A DNA stretch of 63,735 bases, the filler included, from Coriobacteriales bacterium (GTDB lineage: Bacteria > Actinomycetota > Coriobacteriia > Coriobacteriales > UBA8131), in NCBI GenBank assembly GCA_031263105.1. It is 6 parts of 6 records of this genome, joined end to end, with 100 filler letters (N's around TTAATTAATTAA, not from the genome) between each part and the next. Parts side by side here need not be neighbours in the genome. Positions count along the whole stretch, not along the records: positions 57,903 to 63,735 come from JAISGJ010000005.1; 5 more parts are not named here. One strand, given 5' to 3'. The translations under genes and the position numbers were made by a program. The notes beneath the pieces are model-generated. The model was not told the DNA's origin, did not search any database, and was given only the letters and a program-made list of their open reading frames with translations. This document shows, in pieces, positions 61,114-63,735 of this stretch (position 1 is the first letter of the stretch; each line of letters starts with the position of its first letter).

Positions 61114-63459
61114 ATGTCATCTCGCAAGAAACGGGCGAAGCAGCAGCCTAAACGCCACCTTGTACCGTTTGCGCTCATCCTCATAGTCTCCATAGCCGTC
61201 GGGCTGGTCGGCTTCTCGGCCGTCGGCGCCTTTGCACTCGTCCAGTCCTGGCTGGAGGACGTGCCGTCCCTGGAGGGGGTGGACGCCTTCAATGTGAGCC
61301 ACAAGACGCGCGTCTATGCCGCCGACGGGGTGACGGAGATCGGGTCGTTCTTTATGTTCGACCGGGAGCCCGTGACCGCCGAGCAGGTGTCCCCCAACGT
61401 GTTCGACGCCACGGTCGCCGTCGAGGACGAGCGCTTCTGGGGGCACCACGGCGTCGATTACTACGGCATCGCCCGTGCTGCGGTCAACGACTTCATGGGC
61501 GGCGACCTCCAGGGCGCCTCGACCATCACCCAGCAGCTCGTGCGCCAGACCGTGCTGACGGAGGAGGCGAACGAGACCACCATCAGACGCAAGGTGCGCG
61601 AGGTCCATCTCGCCACCGAGCTCGAGAAGAAGTACTCGAAGCAAGAGGTGCTGATGATGTACCTCAACACCATCAACTACGGCGACGGCGCCTACGGCAT
61701 CCAGTCCGCCGCGCAGCACTACTTCTCGAAGAACGCCTCCGAGCTCACGGTTTCCGAGGCGGCGCTGCTCTGCGGCATCCCGCAGAGCCCCACGCACAAC
61801 AACCCCGTCGTGTATCCCGACAACGCCCTCAAGCGCCGCAACGTCGTATTGGACCGCATGTACGTCAACGGCTACATCGGCACGGAGCAGGAGCTCGCCG
61901 CCCTTAAGGCGACCGAGCTCAACCTCAACGTCCGCGACACGACGCTCGACGGCATCTACCAGCAGCCCTACTTCACCTCCTTCGTGCGCGACGAGCTGTT
62001 CAAGAAGTTCCCCAAAGACCAGATCCTCAAGGACGGCCTGACGGTCTATACGTCCATCGACCTCGCCATGAGCGCCTATGCCGAGGAGACCTGCGCCGCC
62101 AAGGAGGCGAACCTGCCGGAGGGCGTCGAGGTCTCCCTCGTCTGCGTCGAGCCCGGCACCGGCTACATCAAGGCGATGCGCGGCGGCACCGACTTCTACG
62201 CCGACCAGTTCAACACCGCCACGCAGATGATGCGCCAGGGCGGCTCGACCTTCAAGGTCTTCGCGCTCGTCACCGCGATAGAGCAGGGCTACTCCCCTCA
62301 GACGCTGGTCTCGGGCGCATCGCCCGTCTCCATCGACATGGGGGACGGCTCCCCGCCTTGGCCCGTGTCGAACTACGGAGGGGCGAGCATGGGGACGATG
62401 TCGCTTGCCCAGGCGACCTGGTCCTCCTCCAACACCGCCTACGCCCGCGTCGTGCGCAAGCTGGGCGCCAAGCCCGTCCAGGACACGGCCATACGCATGG
62501 GCGTCGGGAGCCTCGACCCCGAGAAGGCCGACAACCCGGACCAGAAGAAGCTGTTGGAGCAGATCGGCCCCTCCGTGGTGCTGGGCGGCTACGGGGTGAA
62601 CACACTCGAGATGGCGTCGTCCTTCTCGGCACTGGCGACGGGCGGAGTCCTCCACGAACCGACCGCCATCGTGAAGGTCGTCGACCACGAGGGCAACGTC
62701 ATCTACGACCATACGAACGAGGCGGAAGGCAACCGGGTGCTCGCCCCGGAGGTCGCCTATGCCGCCAACCAGGTGCTCAAAGGCGTGGTGAGCGGCGGCA
62801 CGGGCACGTCGGCGAACCTCGGCTGGCAGGTCGCCGCCGGCAAGACCGGGACCGCCGACAACTACACGGACTCCTGGTTCGTCGGTTACACGCCGCAGCT
62901 CTCGACCGCCGTCTGGATAGGCATGCGGGACAAGATGGAGTACATCCCGGACAACGTCGGCGGCTCCAACTGCTGCCCGGTGTGGCGGGAGTTCATGAGC
63001 AACGCGCTGCAAGGCGCCGAGGCCCAGGACTTTCCCTCTGCGAACAACCCTGCCTACAACGCCAAGGCGACCTTCCTAAGCGCCGAGGAGCAGAAGAAGC
63101 TCGAGGAGGAGGAGGCCAAGAAGAAGGCCGATGAGGAGGCCGCCAAGAAGGCCGAAGAGGATGCTGCCAAGAAGGCCGAGGCCGATGCCAGGAAGAAGGC
63201 ACGGGAGGACGCCAGGAAGAAGGCCGAGAAGGAGGCCGAGACTCCGCCTGCGTCCGAAGGCGGGAGCGGCTCCGGCTCCGGCGGCGCGAGCAGCGGCGGC
63301 GCCGCAGGCAGCGGCTCCGGCTCCGGCGGCGCGAGCAGCAGCGGCGGCTCCAGCGGCGGCGCCTCTGACGACGACGGCTCCGGCGGGAGCGGCGCGGGCA
63401 GCGGCGGCTCCGGCGGCGCGGGCTCCGGCGCGGGCGACGGCTCCGCCCGTGCCGGCTGA
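61114..63459 (+). CDS. Class A penicillin-binding protein (PBP1A-type transglycosylase/transpeptidase)
   Basis: EDERFWGH.G, GASTITQQL, RKVRE, STFK, SSN, KTGT; KKAE- and Gly/Ser-rich tail. Confidence 0.94.
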   Translation: MSSRKKRAKQQPKRHLVPFALILIVSIAVGLVGFSAVGAFALVQSWLEDVPSLEGVDAFNVSHKTRVYAADGVTEIGSFFMFDREPVTAEQVSPNVFDATVAVEDERFWGHHGVDYYGIARAAVNDFMGGDLQGASTITQQLVRQTVLTEEANETTIRRKVREVHLATELEKKYSKQEVLMMYLNTINYGDGAYGIQSAAQHYFSKNASELTVSEAALLCGIPQSPTHNNPVVYPDNALKRRNVVLDRMYVNGYIGTEQELAALKATELNLNVRDTTLDGIYQQPYFTSFVRDELFKKFPKDQILKDGLTVYTSIDLAMSAYAEETCAAKEANLPEGVEVSLVCVEPGTGYIKAMRGGTDFYADQFNTATQMMRQGGSTFKVFALVTAIEQGYSPQTLVSGASPVSIDMGDGSPPWPVSNYGGASMGTMSLAQATWSSSNTAYARVVRKLGAKPVQDTAIRMGVGSLDPEKADNPDQKKLLEQIGPSVVLGGYGVNTLEMASSFSALATGGVLHEPTAIVKVVDHEGNVIYDHTNEAEGNRVLAPEVAYAANQVLKGVVSGGTGTSANLGWQVAAGKTGTADNYTDSWFVGYTPQLSTAVWIGMRDKMEYIPDNVGGSNCCPVWREFMSNALQGAEAQDFPSANNPAYNAKATFLSAEEQKKLEEEEAKKKADEEAAKKAEEDAAKKAEADARKKAREDARKKAEKEAETPPASEGGSGSGSGGASSGGAAGSGSGSGGASSSGGSSGGASDDDGSGGSGAGSGGSGGAGSGAGDGSARAG

Positions 63460-63489
63460 CGGCCGGAGCGGCCCGCCCCTCTCCCTGCG

Positions 63490-63660
63490 GTTACTGTACA
63501 CGCCCCCACTGCCACGTCACGCCCCCACTGTCACGTCACACCCCCCCTGTCATTCCGAGCCTGTCGAGTAATCTTCGCCCGCGCAAGCGGTCGACCGCAG
63601 GTCGAAGGGCCCCCTGACCTGCCGTTGGACACTGCGTGATCCGTGGGCCTGTCGGCCCGG
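63490..63660. mobile_element. Family A MITE left part at window end
   Basis: GTTACTGTACACGCCCCCACTG start, tandem subterminal units, CTGTCATTCCGAGC; internal module shared with the copy at 1-132. Confidence 0.78.
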
Positions 63661-63735
63661 GGGCGGGGGAAAAAACCGGGGGTTTTTGGGGGGGCCGGCC
63701 CCCACAAACAACCGCGGGGGGCGGGCAGACCCGGG

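Noticed and set aside
63560..63735. Similarity of window end to window start suggesting a circular element
   Set aside because: The sequences are similar but not identical copies of the MITE interior; the last ~75 bp look like low-quality read end

Overview
High-GC bacterial DNA. The gene set, including a membrane-anchored multiheme cytochrome c, suggests Coriobacteriia/Eggerthellaceae-like Actinomycetota (inference only). The window is six assembly segments joined by artificial 100-bp N/TTAATTAATTAA/N spacers (12656-12755, 36929-37028, 42326-42425, 50203-50302, 57803-57902), so adjacency across spacers is unreliable. Most genes are housekeeping or envelope functions: purH, a small glycan cluster with glf, iorAB, pyrR-pyrB-pyrC with a PyrR attenuator, aroC-aroK-aroB-aroQ, a U32 protein, PBP1A, an L,D-transpeptidase, two two-component systems, two large surface proteins and tRNA-Ala(GGC). 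Accessory genes are a low-GC restriction-modification pair, two ATPase-nuclease paralogs and decayed toxin-antitoxin pieces. The most striking signal is mobile palindromic DNA inside intact genes. Family A is a MITE with GTTAC...GTAAC terminal inverted repeats and 8-bp target-site duplications (about 14 full or partial copies). One complete copy sits in frame in iorA and adds exactly 81 codons. Family B (GGGGACGGTnCT..TTTGT core) forms near-perfect 86-128-bp palindromes in frame in iorB and the U32 gene. Many conserved enzymes also carry long in-frame low-complexity expansions. No transposase for either family is visible in the window.
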